Source of the DNA: Candidatus Poribacteria bacterium
Lineage (GTDB): Bacteria; Poribacteria; WGA-4E; WGA-3G
NCBI GenBank assembly: GCA_965197475.1
Contig: CBDANF010000003.1
Span: forward strand, 160,001-224,000
DNA: 64,000 bases
Reading direction: 5' to 3'
Positions within the stretch are counted from its first letter, which is position 1. Every line of letters begins with the position of its first letter. Positions 30,746 through 41,758 of this stretch are shown in pieces. The position numbers were made by a program, and so were the translations under genes. Below the pieces are notes generated by a model. It saw only the letters and a program-made list of their open reading frames with translations, ran no database searches and was not told the DNA's origin.

Positions 30746-31657
30746 ATGAAAGGATATCTTGACAATTTCTTCAGATTATTGGTTTGTTGTGGACTCGGCA
30801 TCTTACTCTGTGAGCCCACAGTAATTCATGCTGGGTATGACCCTTCAATTGATTCTCCCCTTGAACAAAATATAGATGACTACATCAAAAGATACAGAAA
30901 GCGAGGCCCGCTGGCATCAACAGAGCGAACCAGTTTTGTTGTCTATGATCTCTCAAAAGGAGAAAAATTAGTTTCTATCAACGAAGATCGCAAGATGATG
31001 GCCGCCTCATTAATAAAAAACTTTGTTATGCTTGCATATTTTCACGAGGTGAAGCAGGGACGCTTAACACATACTAATAGAAATCGTACGCATCTGAAAC
31101 AAATGATTAAAGTAAGTTCAAACACTTCAACAAACTATTTTATTAATTTGGTTGGTGGACCTGCTAAAGCTAACCGTATCCTCAAAGCCAATTATCCCTA
31201 TTTTAAACAGACTCGTATTGTTGAAAGAATCCCTTCAACCGGACGTACATATCGCAACACGACCAGTGCACATGATCTGAATAGGTTCTATGTGCAGTTA
31301 TGGCACAATAAGCTGCCTTACTCAGATAAAATGAAATATTACCTTGAGCTTCCGAACGGGGATTATATCTATAAAAAGACTCGTATTCCCTCATCTGTCA
31401 AGGTTTACAATAAAACGGGGACTGTTTACGGGTTGATAGGCGATAGCGGAATTTTAGTTATGCGTGATCCGCAAGGAAAACTCCGTCCTTATGTCTTTAC
31501 CGGACTGATTGAAGATAAGACTAAAACCAGTACGCGAAGGCGGGGAATATCCTTTGGTGCGTGGGTTGGTCAACGGGCAAATATCCTACGTAGGGTTTCA
31601 GAAAGAGCATACGGTTATATTTATAACAGTTACGGTGGTAGATTTATCATTCGCTAA
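30746..31657 (+). CDS. Class A beta-lactamase-like serine hydrolase
   Basis: ASLIK (SxxK), SSN, NKTG. Confidence 0.8.
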   Translation: MKGYLDNFFRLLVCCGLGILLCEPTVIHAGYDPSIDSPLEQNIDDYIKRYRKRGPLASTERTSFVVYDLSKGEKLVSINEDRKMMAASLIKNFVMLAYFHEVKQGRLTHTNRNRTHLKQMIKVSSNTSTNYFINLVGGPAKANRILKANYPYFKQTRIVERIPSTGRTYRNTTSAHDLNRFYVQLWHNKLPYSDKMKYYLELPNGDYIYKKTRIPSSVKVYNKTGTVYGLIGDSGILVMRDPQGKLRPYVFTGLIEDKTKTSTRRRGISFGAWVGQRANILRRVSERAYGYIYNSYGGRFIIR

Positions 31658-31678
31658 TTGCTTATCTAAGGCGATCCT

Positions 31679-32317
31679 ATGGCATCTATTGTTAACATTG
31701 GTCGGCGAATCGAACTCGTACCGATTGACCCACATTTCATGGATATTACGATAGGTCTTTACCGTCAACAACTTGATGATTGGGCTGTTTTTCGGGTGCA
31801 TACCTATAGTCGTATTGAAGGGGCTGCAACGCGAATTCAAGACGTGGTGCAGTCAATGAAGATATTAGGTGGCATGGAGGAAACTTCAGATGGGCTGCTC
31901 TATTTTCCTTGTGGTGAAAGACATGAGGCTGCTTGTCGCCGTGTTTTTTTGGAGGCATGCAAACTTGAACCGAATAAGCAGGTCAAACCGCGTCCTTTGA
32001 ATATTCTTGATAAAAAATCGCAGTTAACTATTACAGTAGATTCAGTAGGTTTCGGCATCTACCGTGTTAGTTCAAATGGTGAAGGACTTAGTGCTGCAAG
32101 GCGGATTTCTGCGATTGCTGGTGGCTTGAGAAAATTGGGTGAAATGGGATCCGTACGGGAACTTGAAAATGATACAGCCAAATTTTTATGTGGGCAGTCG
32201 CACGATGAACTTGTCGGTTTGCTATTAGTTCGTGCACCAAACGTCCGAGTCATTTTACGTGAACAGGAAGCAGGCGCAGCACGCGGCGTACTATCTGCGC
32301 CAAGCCAACAAACATGA
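31679..32317 (+). CDS. Hypothetical protein
   Basis: 212-aa ORF in operon context; no motif recognised. Confidence 0.65.
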   Translation: MASIVNIGRRIELVPIDPHFMDITIGLYRQQLDDWAVFRVHTYSRIEGAATRIQDVVQSMKILGGMEETSDGLLYFPCGERHEAACRRVFLEACKLEPNKQVKPRPLNILDKKSQLTITVDSVGFGIYRVSSNGEGLSAARRISAIAGGLRKLGEMGSVRELENDTAKFLCGQSHDELVGLLLVRAPNVRVILREQEAGAARGVLSAPSQQT

Positions 32318-32327
32318 GGTAATCGTA

Positions 32328-33371
32328 GTGCATAGCGAAAAAAGTCAAGACATCAAACCGATGAATGGTCGTGAGCGTGTGCTTGCCGCACTCCGCAATG
32401 AACCGACCGATCGCACACCAATTTGTAATCCTACCTCTGTTGCAACCGTTGAACTGATGGACTTGGTTGACGCACCCTTTCCGCAGGCAAATCGTGAACC
32501 GGAACTGATGGCGAGACTCGCAGCAACCGGCTACACTGAACTCGGTTTTGACACCATTATGCCGGTGTTCACGATTATCCAAGAATCCAGTGCGATCGGA
32601 TGCAAAATTCAGTGGGAACAGAAGGATAACTGGCCGACCGTCAAAATGCGTGAACCGATCTGGGAAGATGTTGACGATATCACAATCCCTAACGATTTCT
32701 TAACACACCCAGACACGCAATGTGTGCTTGAAGCGATTAAGATTCTGAAGAAAGAATATGGTGATGAAGTTGCCGTAATAGGCAAAACGATGGGACCTTG
32801 GTCGCTTGGATATCACTGCTTCGGCGTAGAACCTTTTCTATTGCTATCCCTTGATGATCCGGGCAAAACAAAACTCGCGCTGGATCGGATGAAGGAAGCC
32901 ACTGTACAATTTGGTATTGCGCAAATAGAAGCAGGAGCAGACGCGCTCACACTCCCCGACCACGCAACTGGTGATCTTGTTAGTGGGGAATACTACCAAC
33001 GTTATCTCCGCGACCTACACATTGAATTCGTAGAACGGATCCCGATACCTCTCATCCTCCATATTTGCGGACGCACGGTTGATCGGATGGAGTACATCGC
33101 GCAAACAGGTATGGCAGCCTTTCATTACGACTCCAAAAATGAACCGCAAGAATCGATGGATATTGTACAGAAACGGATCGCACTGGTTGGCAACATCAAC
33201 AATCCCGAAACGCTCTTTGCAAAAGAACCGGAAGACGTTAAAGCAGAAGTCGTAAAAAACCTTGAGGCAGGCGTGCCTTTGATCGGACCGGAGTGTGCAA
33301 TTCCGCTTCAAACCACAATTGAAAACCTGCAAGCAATTCCACAAGCGGTGCAAGAGTGGTATAAAGAGTAG
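32328..33371 (+). CDS. MtaA/CmuA-family methyltransferase (URO-D fold)
   Basis: RERVLAAL, GPWSL, ILHICG, LVGNI, GPECAIP. Confidence 0.85.
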   Translation: MHSEKSQDIKPMNGRERVLAALRNEPTDRTPICNPTSVATVELMDLVDAPFPQANREPELMARLAATGYTELGFDTIMPVFTIIQESSAIGCKIQWEQKDNWPTVKMREPIWEDVDDITIPNDFLTHPDTQCVLEAIKILKKEYGDEVAVIGKTMGPWSLGYHCFGVEPFLLLSLDDPGKTKLALDRMKEATVQFGIAQIEAGADALTLPDHATGDLVSGEYYQRYLRDLHIEFVERIPIPLILHICGRTVDRMEYIAQTGMAAFHYDSKNEPQESMDIVQKRIALVGNINNPETLFAKEPEDVKAEVVKNLEAGVPLIGPECAIPLQTTIENLQAIPQAVQEWYKE

Positions 33372-33401
33372 TTATAACTCCTATGTTTTCTCAAAAAAAA
33401 T

Positions 33402-33430
33402 TTGACATTGTTTGCAAATCATGATATACT
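33402..33430 (+). promoter_or_regulatory. Sigma70-type promoter
   Basis: TTGACA-17-TATACT. Confidence 0.6.
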
Positions 33431-33794
33431 ATACATTCAGACTAATTTATATTTCATTCTGGGAACGACTCATGAAAAGCGGATTGCTATTAAAAAACAA
33501 ACGTACAAGGTGTTTACCATCTAAGCAATTTGTCATATTGCAACAGTTTGATATGTTTATTTTAACTTCTAGAGTCCCCCCTTTTTACATTAGTTAATTA
33601 TTTTATCACAAAACAATATCAGGAGTCTTCGTGGTTGCGCTGCCTTTTTGTGTGCGCTTCGTTGGGACTCTTTTTTTGTTACGGGTAGGTTCTTGCGTAC
33701 AGAAACGCAAGGCACAGAAAAATTGTTTGCCTTAAACCGAAGACGTGTTAAGATGTAACTTTATACATTAGTTTTCTAAACAGGAGATAACGAA

Positions 33795-35225
33795 ATGAAA
33801 CATTTTTCTAACAAGCTTTTTCTTGGTGGACTAATAGTAGGGGGTTTGATTCTTACCCTTGGTGTTTTCCTTATTCTTGATGCGATTATAACCCCTTATT
33901 TTTATAAAAGCAAGTTCCCAGAAAATACTGTTGCGGCACGAATTTTACCAAATGGAGAGGTCGAGTACTACCCACTAAAACAGGTTAATTCTACTGAAAG
34001 TGAAGATAGTTCTACCAAACCTGATGCTGCTGGGACCTACTTTGAAGGCACTACAATTCCTAAATTAACAGAACAGGATTTGTGGGTTGCAATGATGACA
34101 TGGCATAAAGGACCGCAAACCGTTGAAGCACTCATGGATTCCTATTATGTAGCGTACATGCAAGATGAATCGCGTAGAAGAATTGATAAAAGATATCCTC
34201 CCGAACAGTGGCTGCAATATTTGCTTGATAAAGGAGTTATCTTCCACAATTTTCTTGAATATGCTCAGTATATGGATGCGCGAGTGGTAACAGATAAGTT
34301 TGATAACAACCCCGCATTGGTTCAAGAAGAATCAGAGATATTTGGAATACCTGTATCAGATTTAGATAGAATCAAAAAAAGACATCTTGAGCATCACCTT
34401 CTTTTTCTAAAGCGGAAGCACGCGATGGAACGCACAGTAGGTGAACCTGTTACAGGGGGTATCCATATAGGGGACAAGGTTCTACCGTTTTATAAAAACC
34501 GAGAAGTTGTCTATGTGCAACGCGAAGAAAATAAGACTTCTGCAGAATTCCTTGGTTCATCGCTTAATGATGTCCAAATTTTTAATCTCCTGTTCAGAGG
34601 AATTGAACCTGAAGGTATTGAGGTTATCTACATTGATAAATTGGGCAATCAACTTTCAGAGAAACCCGCACCTATACCCCGTGAACAAGTGCGAAAAATG
34701 ATGGCAGAAGGTGAAGCACCCCCTCCCGAAGAATGGTGGGCTCCAAACGCACCTATACCAGACTCTGAAGACTTTGAAGAATTCCTGCCGCCAGAAAGGA
34801 CAGATACCGAATTGGATCTCCGAAAACAACGCGCAAGAGAAGAATTTGAAAAGTTGGAAGAAGCCGCACAAACTGACGTTGAAAAGTTCATGCATGAGGT
34901 CCGGCAACTTGAAGAATTTGCTACGATGTCCGACGCAGAAATTGCCGCTGAACTTGAAAAACAGTTACGCCAACAACTACTACCGGAACTTCCAACTGAA
35001 GAAAGTCTTGAGGACGCACTCCGTGAAATGATCACCCCAAAACCGGCAACGCCGGAACGTTTTGAAAAAGCGATGAATATTTTGCAGAGCCACGGAGCAA
35101 AAGAGGGTTTGAAAAGACTCGCAAAGGATGATCCGGAACTCGCTCAATACTTCCTCAGAAACCCACAAAAGGTGCCGCCAAAACGTTCACAACCCTCAAA
35201 CACTCAAGACTCACAGAAGGAGTAG
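33795..35225 (+). CDS. Membrane-anchored hypothetical protein with conserved C-terminal motif
   Basis: N-terminal TM; ends TPERFEKAMNILQSHGAKEGLKRLAKDDPELAQYF. Confidence 0.8.
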   Translation: MKHFSNKLFLGGLIVGGLILTLGVFLILDAIITPYFYKSKFPENTVAARILPNGEVEYYPLKQVNSTESEDSSTKPDAAGTYFEGTTIPKLTEQDLWVAMMTWHKGPQTVEALMDSYYVAYMQDESRRRIDKRYPPEQWLQYLLDKGVIFHNFLEYAQYMDARVVTDKFDNNPALVQEESEIFGIPVSDLDRIKKRHLEHHLLFLKRKHAMERTVGEPVTGGIHIGDKVLPFYKNREVVYVQREENKTSAEFLGSSLNDVQIFNLLFRGIEPEGIEVIYIDKLGNQLSEKPAPIPREQVRKMMAEGEAPPPEEWWAPNAPIPDSEDFEEFLPPERTDTELDLRKQRAREEFEKLEEAAQTDVEKFMHEVRQLEEFATMSDAEIAAELEKQLRQQLLPELPTEESLEDALREMITPKPATPERFEKAMNILQSHGAKEGLKRLAKDDPELAQYFLRNPQKVPPKRSQPSNTQDSQKE

Positions 35226-35229
35226 TTTT

Positions 35230-35526
35230 ATGAAAAACATGTACCTCTTATACGGTATTGCCATCATCGCCGTTGTGGGAATTTTTGTATGCAGTGTTAG
35301 GTTCACAAGCGGCACATCATCAATGGACACGCCGCAACAATCGGCATACACGTCAAAGTCTAAACAAGCGTTAAAGAAAAAATCCTATGCTTGTTGTGAT
35401 GAGAAACAGAAGCGCATGCGCGAAATGATGCGTCAATGGCTCAACGAAAAACCACAGGAGAATCCTTCAAACAAAGAGATTTCTGCGACAGACGCAGAAA
35501 CCAAACGAGCGCAAATCGCTCGTTAA
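35230..35526 (+). CDS. Small membrane-anchored Cys-Cys protein
   Basis: N-terminal TM, KKKSYACCDEK. Confidence 0.65.
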   Translation: MKNMYLLYGIAIIAVVGIFVCSVRFTSGTSSMDTPQQSAYTSKSKQALKKKSYACCDEKQKRMREMMRQWLNEKPQENPSNKEISATDAETKRAQIAR

Positions 35527-35610
35527 ACGCAAAAGAAGGTTTTCTTGCAAAACCGAATCTAATCCAAATGTAATTAGATATCGTAACATATTCTACAAAA
35601 GGAGAATCAA

Positions 35611-36061
35611 ATGTTTACTTATGTAAATAGGGGGCACTTTACTTATTGCAATTCTTATAATTGGCATAAGCAGCTTTCTCATCCCTACTCTAACTCAGGC
35701 ACTTCCAGTAGCACTATGGGCTCGTTGTTCGGTTGGGAGTCCGTGGTGGACTAGCCAAACAATAGCAAAAGCGTCAGTCTCGTGGTCACATCCTGTATGG
35801 ATTCAAGATAGGATTCTAGTGCATGCTCATAATGGGAAGTTTAGTTGTCACGCGCGTGTCGGTGCTAACGAACCTAAAAAAGCGGAAGATATTCCGTTCT
35901 TCGTGTCCAGTTTGTTGGGTCCTGTGAATAAAGGTCATAAAGAACAGGATTTGGGATATACGCGCTGGGAAGGTGATGCTTACGCGAGTAGTGCAATTTC
36001 GGAATATGGAAATCCAACTAATTGGAAATTCTGTTCATCTGATGGACATAGTTCTTTTTGA
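35611..36061 (+). CDS. Secreted hypothetical protein (frameshift in a G5 run at about 35632)
   Basis: RBS aggag; removing one G gives MFTYVNRGTLLIAILIIGISSFLIPTLTQALP..., continuous with ORF 35819-36061. Confidence 0.55.
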
Positions 36062-36138
36062 TAGAACTTTTCAGCATTATGAAAGAATCACCGTTTCTCA
36101 AAGATAAACGGTGATTCTTCAAAAAGGAGGATATTCTC

Positions 36139-37527
36139 GTGTTAAACAATAGAACAGTAATTGTAATAAGTGTGTTTTCTATCGTTGTGATGGGGATAGC
36201 GTTCATTTTATTCAAACCTAAACAACAAGTGAGTGAAGAAGCACAAGCACATCTTGATAATCTTTATTCTCTTTCTGGAAAACTAACGCCTGAGAAAAAA
36301 CAAGTTTATTTTGATAATGCCTTTGCTTTAGAAAAACTTTCAGGTCAGCATGAGCGTCTGCCTGAAAAAGAAATGGAAAAAATGCGGGACCATCTTCGGA
36401 CATTGATCATCGAGAATCCAGACTTGGTGCTGAGTGCACAGGAGTACGATCAGCGGTATGGGCACATACTTGGACATACGCATGGCCATCGGCATGGTGA
36501 GGATTTATATCAGGAAACACAAAAAGCACTTGAGCAAGTTAATGCAGCTATAGCCGAATTGGAAGCGTCAGACGTGCCCGAAGGTGTTAAAGAAAGTCTT
36601 CGATCTATCCTAAATCTCAGACGCGAGACTCTTTTGATTTCCGACTCAGAGATTGATGAGTTAACTAACGTTTATATTGAGTTTTTAAAGAATGATCCAG
36701 AGGTAACTGGTGTCACGAAAGACGCAAGAACTGGTGAATATATTCCGACCTACGCTAATATGATAAGAGTCTATAGACGTCGGACGCATCATGTTGATGG
36801 CACATTAGAAGATGAAGTTACGGGCATGAGCACGAGTGCAAACACCCCAGAGAATCAAGCGGTAATAGAAGCGTATGAAACAGCGTTAGACATGACACCT
36901 CCTTCGGAAACACCACCCGCACCTCCGGAAATTGAGGGTTTGCGTTTTTCTGTTGAATACGAAGACGTGTATCTCAATTCGGAAAAAGAGGTTATAACAG
37001 ATAAAACGGATCAACCGATGGATGGGGCTACTTCTCCTCCTACATCTGATGTGCCAGCTACCCAGGTGGAGCAACCTAAAGTAGAAGAGGTTTGGACAGA
37101 AATCACAGACGATGTCTTTTCGTTGCAGGACTCATTGAAAGATATTGACGATCCACAAACGCAGAGTGAGATCACTATTTTTCTTGAGGAAGCTCTTGGT
37201 GTGCCGTTTGATCGGTTTTTAGAAATGAGTGATGCGGAGATTGAAGAGGATCTAAGAAAAATATTTGCGCCCAGCGATGCGGAGATTGAAGCAAAATTTA
37301 AAGATTTGCTCATGCCTCACCATCCCCCGATGGCAGACACAACAACGTTTGAAAGCAACTTAGAAAGCAGTCTTAGTAAAAAATTTTCAGTGCTGCGTGC
37401 TAAGCGCGCAATTGCTACCATCAATCATCTTGGACTTAATGAAGGACTTCGCCAGCTCAAAGAGGTGGATCCTGAAGTAGCAAAGCAACTAGAAGTCTAC
37501 CTCCAAAAACAAGAAGGGGAAAACTAA
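36139..37527 (+). CDS. Membrane-anchored hypothetical protein with His-rich patch and conserved C-terminal motif
   Basis: TM; HILGHTHGHRH; MSDAEI shared with 33795; ends FSVLRAKRAIATINHLGLNEGLRQLKEVDPEVAKQLE. Confidence 0.8.
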   Translation: MLNNRTVIVISVFSIVVMGIAFILFKPKQQVSEEAQAHLDNLYSLSGKLTPEKKQVYFDNAFALEKLSGQHERLPEKEMEKMRDHLRTLIIENPDLVLSAQEYDQRYGHILGHTHGHRHGEDLYQETQKALEQVNAAIAELEASDVPEGVKESLRSILNLRRETLLISDSEIDELTNVYIEFLKNDPEVTGVTKDARTGEYIPTYANMIRVYRRRTHHVDGTLEDEVTGMSTSANTPENQAVIEAYETALDMTPPSETPPAPPEIEGLRFSVEYEDVYLNSEKEVITDKTDQPMDGATSPPTSDVPATQVEQPKVEEVWTEITDDVFSLQDSLKDIDDPQTQSEITIFLEEALGVPFDRFLEMSDAEIEEDLRKIFAPSDAEIEAKFKDLLMPHHPPMADTTTFESNLESSLSKKFSVLRAKRAIATINHLGLNEGLRQLKEVDPEVAKQLEVYLQKQEGEN

Positions 37528-37808
37528 TGGTAAAATTGACTTGTTTTTCAATTATACTCCTGATTTTGTTTGCTGTATCGGGTTACATTCTCACGCGTCC
37601 TGGTCGTTCTTCAGTCCCAACACAGTTTTCAAAATCTGTGTCTGCTGTTGTCTCAACTACGAGGCAAGACACAGTGAAAAAATGTAAGTGTTGCACATTG
37701 GAGGAATTGCGTAAAAAGCTTAGATCTAGACACAAGAATATGCAGACAGCACCCAATAGTCGGAATCACAATATTGGAAATAAAAGCAGAGCACTAGATA
37801 AACTTTGA
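37527..37808 (+). CDS. Small membrane-anchored Cys-Cys protein
   Basis: N-terminal TM, KKCKCCTLEELRKK. Confidence 0.65.
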   Translation: MVKLTCFSIILLILFAVSGYILTRPGRSSVPTQFSKSVSAVVSTTRQDTVKKCKCCTLEELRKKLRSRHKNMQTAPNSRNHNIGNKSRALDKL

Positions 37809-39543
37809 AAAATATAAAATTATTCTCTACCCTATCGCAACAGACCGTCCGTTCTGCTGCGGGGGTTTTTCTCATTGTGTGCTTCTTTTTCATTGTGAAC
37901 AGTCCGCGTCTCCTCTCTTTAGATGCACATTGGTCAAGTGATGAAGCGCGTTGGCTTCGTCGTAGTGCGGCGTTTATGGATACTGTTGAGCAGGGACGCT
38001 TTTCAGAAACCCTGATTGCGTATCATCCGGGCGTGATGACGATGTGGGTTACTGGGCTTCGTGCCTTTTTTAGTCCTCCGCGATTGGATGCCCTAAACCT
38101 TGTTCTCGCTCGGTGGTTCATCGGTATTGTCATATCAGTTGGCATCGGTATTGCCTGCCTTTTAGTTTATAGACTCTTTGGACGGTGGGTAGCACTTATA
38201 AGTTTCGCGTGTCTCGCCTACTCACCACTTTTTTTAGCACAAACACGGCGTGTCCACACGGACGCGCTTGCCACCGTTTTTATCCTTTTAACAGTACTAC
38301 TTCTCTTGTTGTACTGTGAGAATCGGCAACACCGTCGATATCTTATCTTTTCAGGCATCGCTTTTGGATTGGCGGTCTTGAGCAAGAGTTACGCCTTGAT
38401 ACTTTTAATCTGGGTGCCATTCTGTATCTTTCTATATCGCCCCTCTCAACAGAAAATCGGAGGTCGCTTTTCCGTGTACGTTGCCGAAATCCTCTGTTTT
38501 CTCAATTGTACGTTACTTACCGTGCTCGCTGTCTGGCCTATTTTTTGGGCACCCTTTTTTGGAATCTTGGCACTATGTTTTTTAGGTCTCACCTTTGTTC
38601 TATACAACGCGATAAAAAACGAACATTGCCCTTTTGCTCTCATAGCAATAGCAGGTGCCGGACTGATTCTTGTCGGGTTCATGCAACCCAAACCGTCTGG
38701 CTTATTTTGGATAAAGTTGGTTGGGCAGTTACAACACCGCACGAAGTGGAACACTTCTTTCTCGGAAAAGTGGCTAATGATCCAGGATGGCTTTTCTATC
38801 CTTTTGTGTTGACTATCAACAGCACGCCGTTGATGCTGCCACTCGTATTTCTCGGATGTTTTCTCCTTTGGAAGTATCGGAAAAATTCAGCGGAAATATC
38901 TAAGCATTTCAAACTTATACTTGCTTTAGTAAGTGTAGTTATCCTCTTCACCGTGTGCCTTTCACTCACAAGCAAAAAGTTCAGTCGATACTTGCTGCCT
39001 GTTTTCCCGATATTGGAAATTCTTGCTGCCGTCGGGTTCGTGGAGTTAATCCGCTGGAGTTATGCGTATTTCAAGATTGAGACAATTGGTGTTAAACGTA
39101 CACTTGCTGGATTCGCATGCCTATGTTTCTTTTTCATTCAGATATTACCTGTACTCATGTTACACCCCTATTACGGCACCTATTACAACCCCTGTTGGAA
39201 AGTGACAGACATTACAAAGATAATCACTGTAGGAGATGCCTCTGGCTTGGATATCGCAGCGAACTATTTGAATCAAAAACCGAATGCGCGCCGCATGCAG
39301 GTACAGGTATCCCCGTTATCAACAACGTTGGTAAGATTTTATTTTCACGGACATGCCTATCGTGCAGATAGACGCATTTCGCAAACACCCGATTATGAAA
39401 TCGTTTATATCCGAGATTCACAAGTAGGGCGCGTTCCACAAACAGGCACTCTAAATGGTGAACTTGAACACGTTATAACTCTTAACGGTATTGACCACGT
39501 TTGGATTTACCGCATCCCAAATAAGGAAAATCCTAACGGGTAA
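37805..39543 (+). CDS. ArnT/GT39-like membrane glycosyltransferase (frameshift at about 38675)
   Basis: SDE, YHPG, HTD, LSK, RYLLP; the frames join if one G is added to a G run. Confidence 0.75.
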
Positions 39544-39581
39544 AGCATCACCACTTTTCTCTTGCGAGGAGAAAGGAAACT

Positions 39582-40532
39582 GTGAAAACTTTCCGCCAAT
39601 ACTTTGGAATTTTCATTGCAGTGACGCTCCTCATTTTTCTTATCAAACCCTTTGTTCAGACACGTACCCAGTTGGAAGGTGTCACTTTTCAAATTCAGTG
39701 GCGGTGGTTCCTCCCGTCGTTTGGACTCATCCTCCTTTATCGTAGTGCGTATATTGTTCCTTTCGCACAATTCTTACGCGGCATAGTACCGTCCCAAGTT
39801 TCTTTTCGCGATGTTTTTACGCTGTTTCATCTTGCAAACATCACCCGATACCTACCCGGGCGGATTTGGGGGATTGTCAGACTCCTCACCCTTAGCGAAC
39901 GGTTCGGATTCAGCAAAACTGCTGTTGGTGTAAGTCTCACCTTGCACGTCGGCATAGAGGCCGTACTTGGCGGACTCTATGCTATGTCACTGGTCTTTTC
40001 AAAACAGATGCGAAGCACTGCATATCTTGTACTTGAAAGGGGTACAGGTCACGCATTGCTTTTTGCACTCTTCGGGATTGTCATCGCTACTGGTGCCTTG
40101 TTTTTGATAACAAAGGTGTCTTCTAAGGCACAGCATTTCCTGAAAACACTCCGGGAAATAGGCTCACCCCTTTTGCAAAAACATTTTCTGAAACAGTGGT
40201 TTAACATTTTTCAAGCTCACATTCTACTGTGGTTCTGCCAAGGTCTTGCATTTTTCCTTTTTGTAAAAAGCCTGGCCTCTGTGCAATGGAAAGACATTGG
40301 TGTTTTCTCTGCTTGCTACGCTTTTGCATGGATTGTCGGCTTTTTAAGTTTCCTCACACCTGGCGGTTTAGGCGTACGTGAAGGGCTGCTTGGGTTGTTA
40401 TTAGCAAACTATATGGCCACATCACAAGCAACCATCATTGCTCTATTGTGTCGGGTTTGGATGTTGTCTTCCGAGATTATTTTAGCTGGAACAGCATTTT
40501 TACTCTACAAAAGATCGGACAGACAAAGTTGA
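39582..40532 (+). CDS. Lysylphosphatidylglycerol synthase TM-domain (UPF0104) flippase-like protein
   Basis: RYLPGRIW, PGGLGVREG, multiple TMs. Confidence 0.85.
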   Translation: MKTFRQYFGIFIAVTLLIFLIKPFVQTRTQLEGVTFQIQWRWFLPSFGLILLYRSAYIVPFAQFLRGIVPSQVSFRDVFTLFHLANITRYLPGRIWGIVRLLTLSERFGFSKTAVGVSLTLHVGIEAVLGGLYAMSLVFSKQMRSTAYLVLERGTGHALLFALFGIVIATGALFLITKVSSKAQHFLKTLREIGSPLLQKHFLKQWFNIFQAHILLWFCQGLAFFLFVKSLASVQWKDIGVFSACYAFAWIVGFLSFLTPGGLGVREGLLGLLLANYMATSQATIIALLCRVWMLSSEIILAGTAFLLYKRSDRQS

Positions 40533-40559
40533 AAACAATACTAACCACGTTGATAACCT

Positions 40560-41606
40560 CTATACTGTAAGTTCAGCCAACTTAACAGCCCGACCACCCG
40601 CTTCTGCAGACTGATCAGCAGCAAAGACAACACGATGCGTTTCAAAGGCGGTATCAAAGTCAGTCAGCGGCATCGTTTCGTTTCGTCCAATGCTATCTAT
40701 GAACGCTTGGAATTGGGGTTCATACGGATGGTCGCTTACATCCCCGGAGTCAATGAGCGATGTTTCAAGGTTGCTCCATCTGCTTTTGTCCATGCCTTTA
40801 AGTTTCGCTGAGTAGATACGGTTGTCAAGTAGGCTTCCTTCGCTTCCAACAAGGTGAATGTGGAAGTAGTATGGCTGCAGGCAATCAACACAGGAAGTGA
40901 CTTTACCGATTTTCTGACCTCCTTCAAACTTAAGTAGACTCACACTGGTTGTTTTGTACTCGTAAGGTTGAAATGCTTCACCTTTAGATTGCGTGTGATA
41001 ACTGGTGACCTCTTCAACATTTCCATCCATAAAGAAGAGAAGGGCATCAAGCGCATGGCACCCCGCAGTGAGTAAGGTACTGCCGCCAAAGTCCTTTTTG
41101 ATGTTCCATTCATATTGTCCGTACCAAGGTCCGATGCCGTGGTAGTAGTCAACTTCTGCGTAGTGGAGTTCACCGAGCAATCCGTTGTCAATTACGGAGC
41201 GTATCATTGTAAAATGTGCGCTATAACGGCACTCAAAACAGACGCATACGTTGACACCAGTGGTTTTCACGGCTTCCCGGATAGCTTTGGCATCTTCATA
41301 GGTAAGGCAGATCGGTTTTTCGATGATGAGATGCTTCCCTGCTTTTGCGGCAGCGATCGCTTGTTCTGCATGAAAAGGATGCGGGGTGCAAATATCTATA
41401 ATGTCAATATCTGGATCTGCAAGCATCTTTTCATAATCTGTATATGCCTTAAGTGGTGTGCCATAAGTATCTGCTAATACGGATTCATCATGTTCGCGGC
41501 GTGAACAGATAGTGGTGACATCCGCCCCCGTAACAGCTTTGAACGCTTCAATATGCGCGCCAGCGACCCAACCGAGACCGACAATTCCAACGTTTAGGTT
41601 ACCCAT
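40560..41606 (-). CDS. Gfo/Idh/MocA oxidoreductase
   Basis: [24 protein letters not shown]. Confidence 0.92.
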   Translation of the reverse strand: MGNLNVGIVGLGWVAGAHIEAFKAVTGADVTTICSRREHDESVLADTYGTPLKAYTDYEKMLADPDIDIIDICTPHPFHAEQAIAAAKAGKHLIIEKPICLTYEDAKAIREAVKTTGVNVCVCFECRYSAHFTMIRSVIDNGLLGELHYAEVDYYHGIGPWYGQYEWNIKKDFGGSTLLTAGCHALDALLFFMDGNVEEVTSYHTQSKGEAFQPYEYKTTSVSLLKFEGGQKIGKVTSCVDCLQPYYFHIHLVGSEGSLLDNRIYSAKLKGMDKSRWSNLETSLIDSGDVSDHPYEPQFQAFIDSIGRNETMPLTDFDTAFETHRVVFAADQSAEAGGRAVKLAELTV

Positions 41607-41758
41607 TTAAAACTCCTTATCTCAATAGTTTTAGATATTTTAGCACAATTGCGGAAATTATTAAGATAAAAAATTCTGTTGATAAAATAAAGGTTATTTT
41701 TTACAATATGTAATATTAGTTCGACTAAAGTAGTATAATCATTACAAGGAGCTAAACA

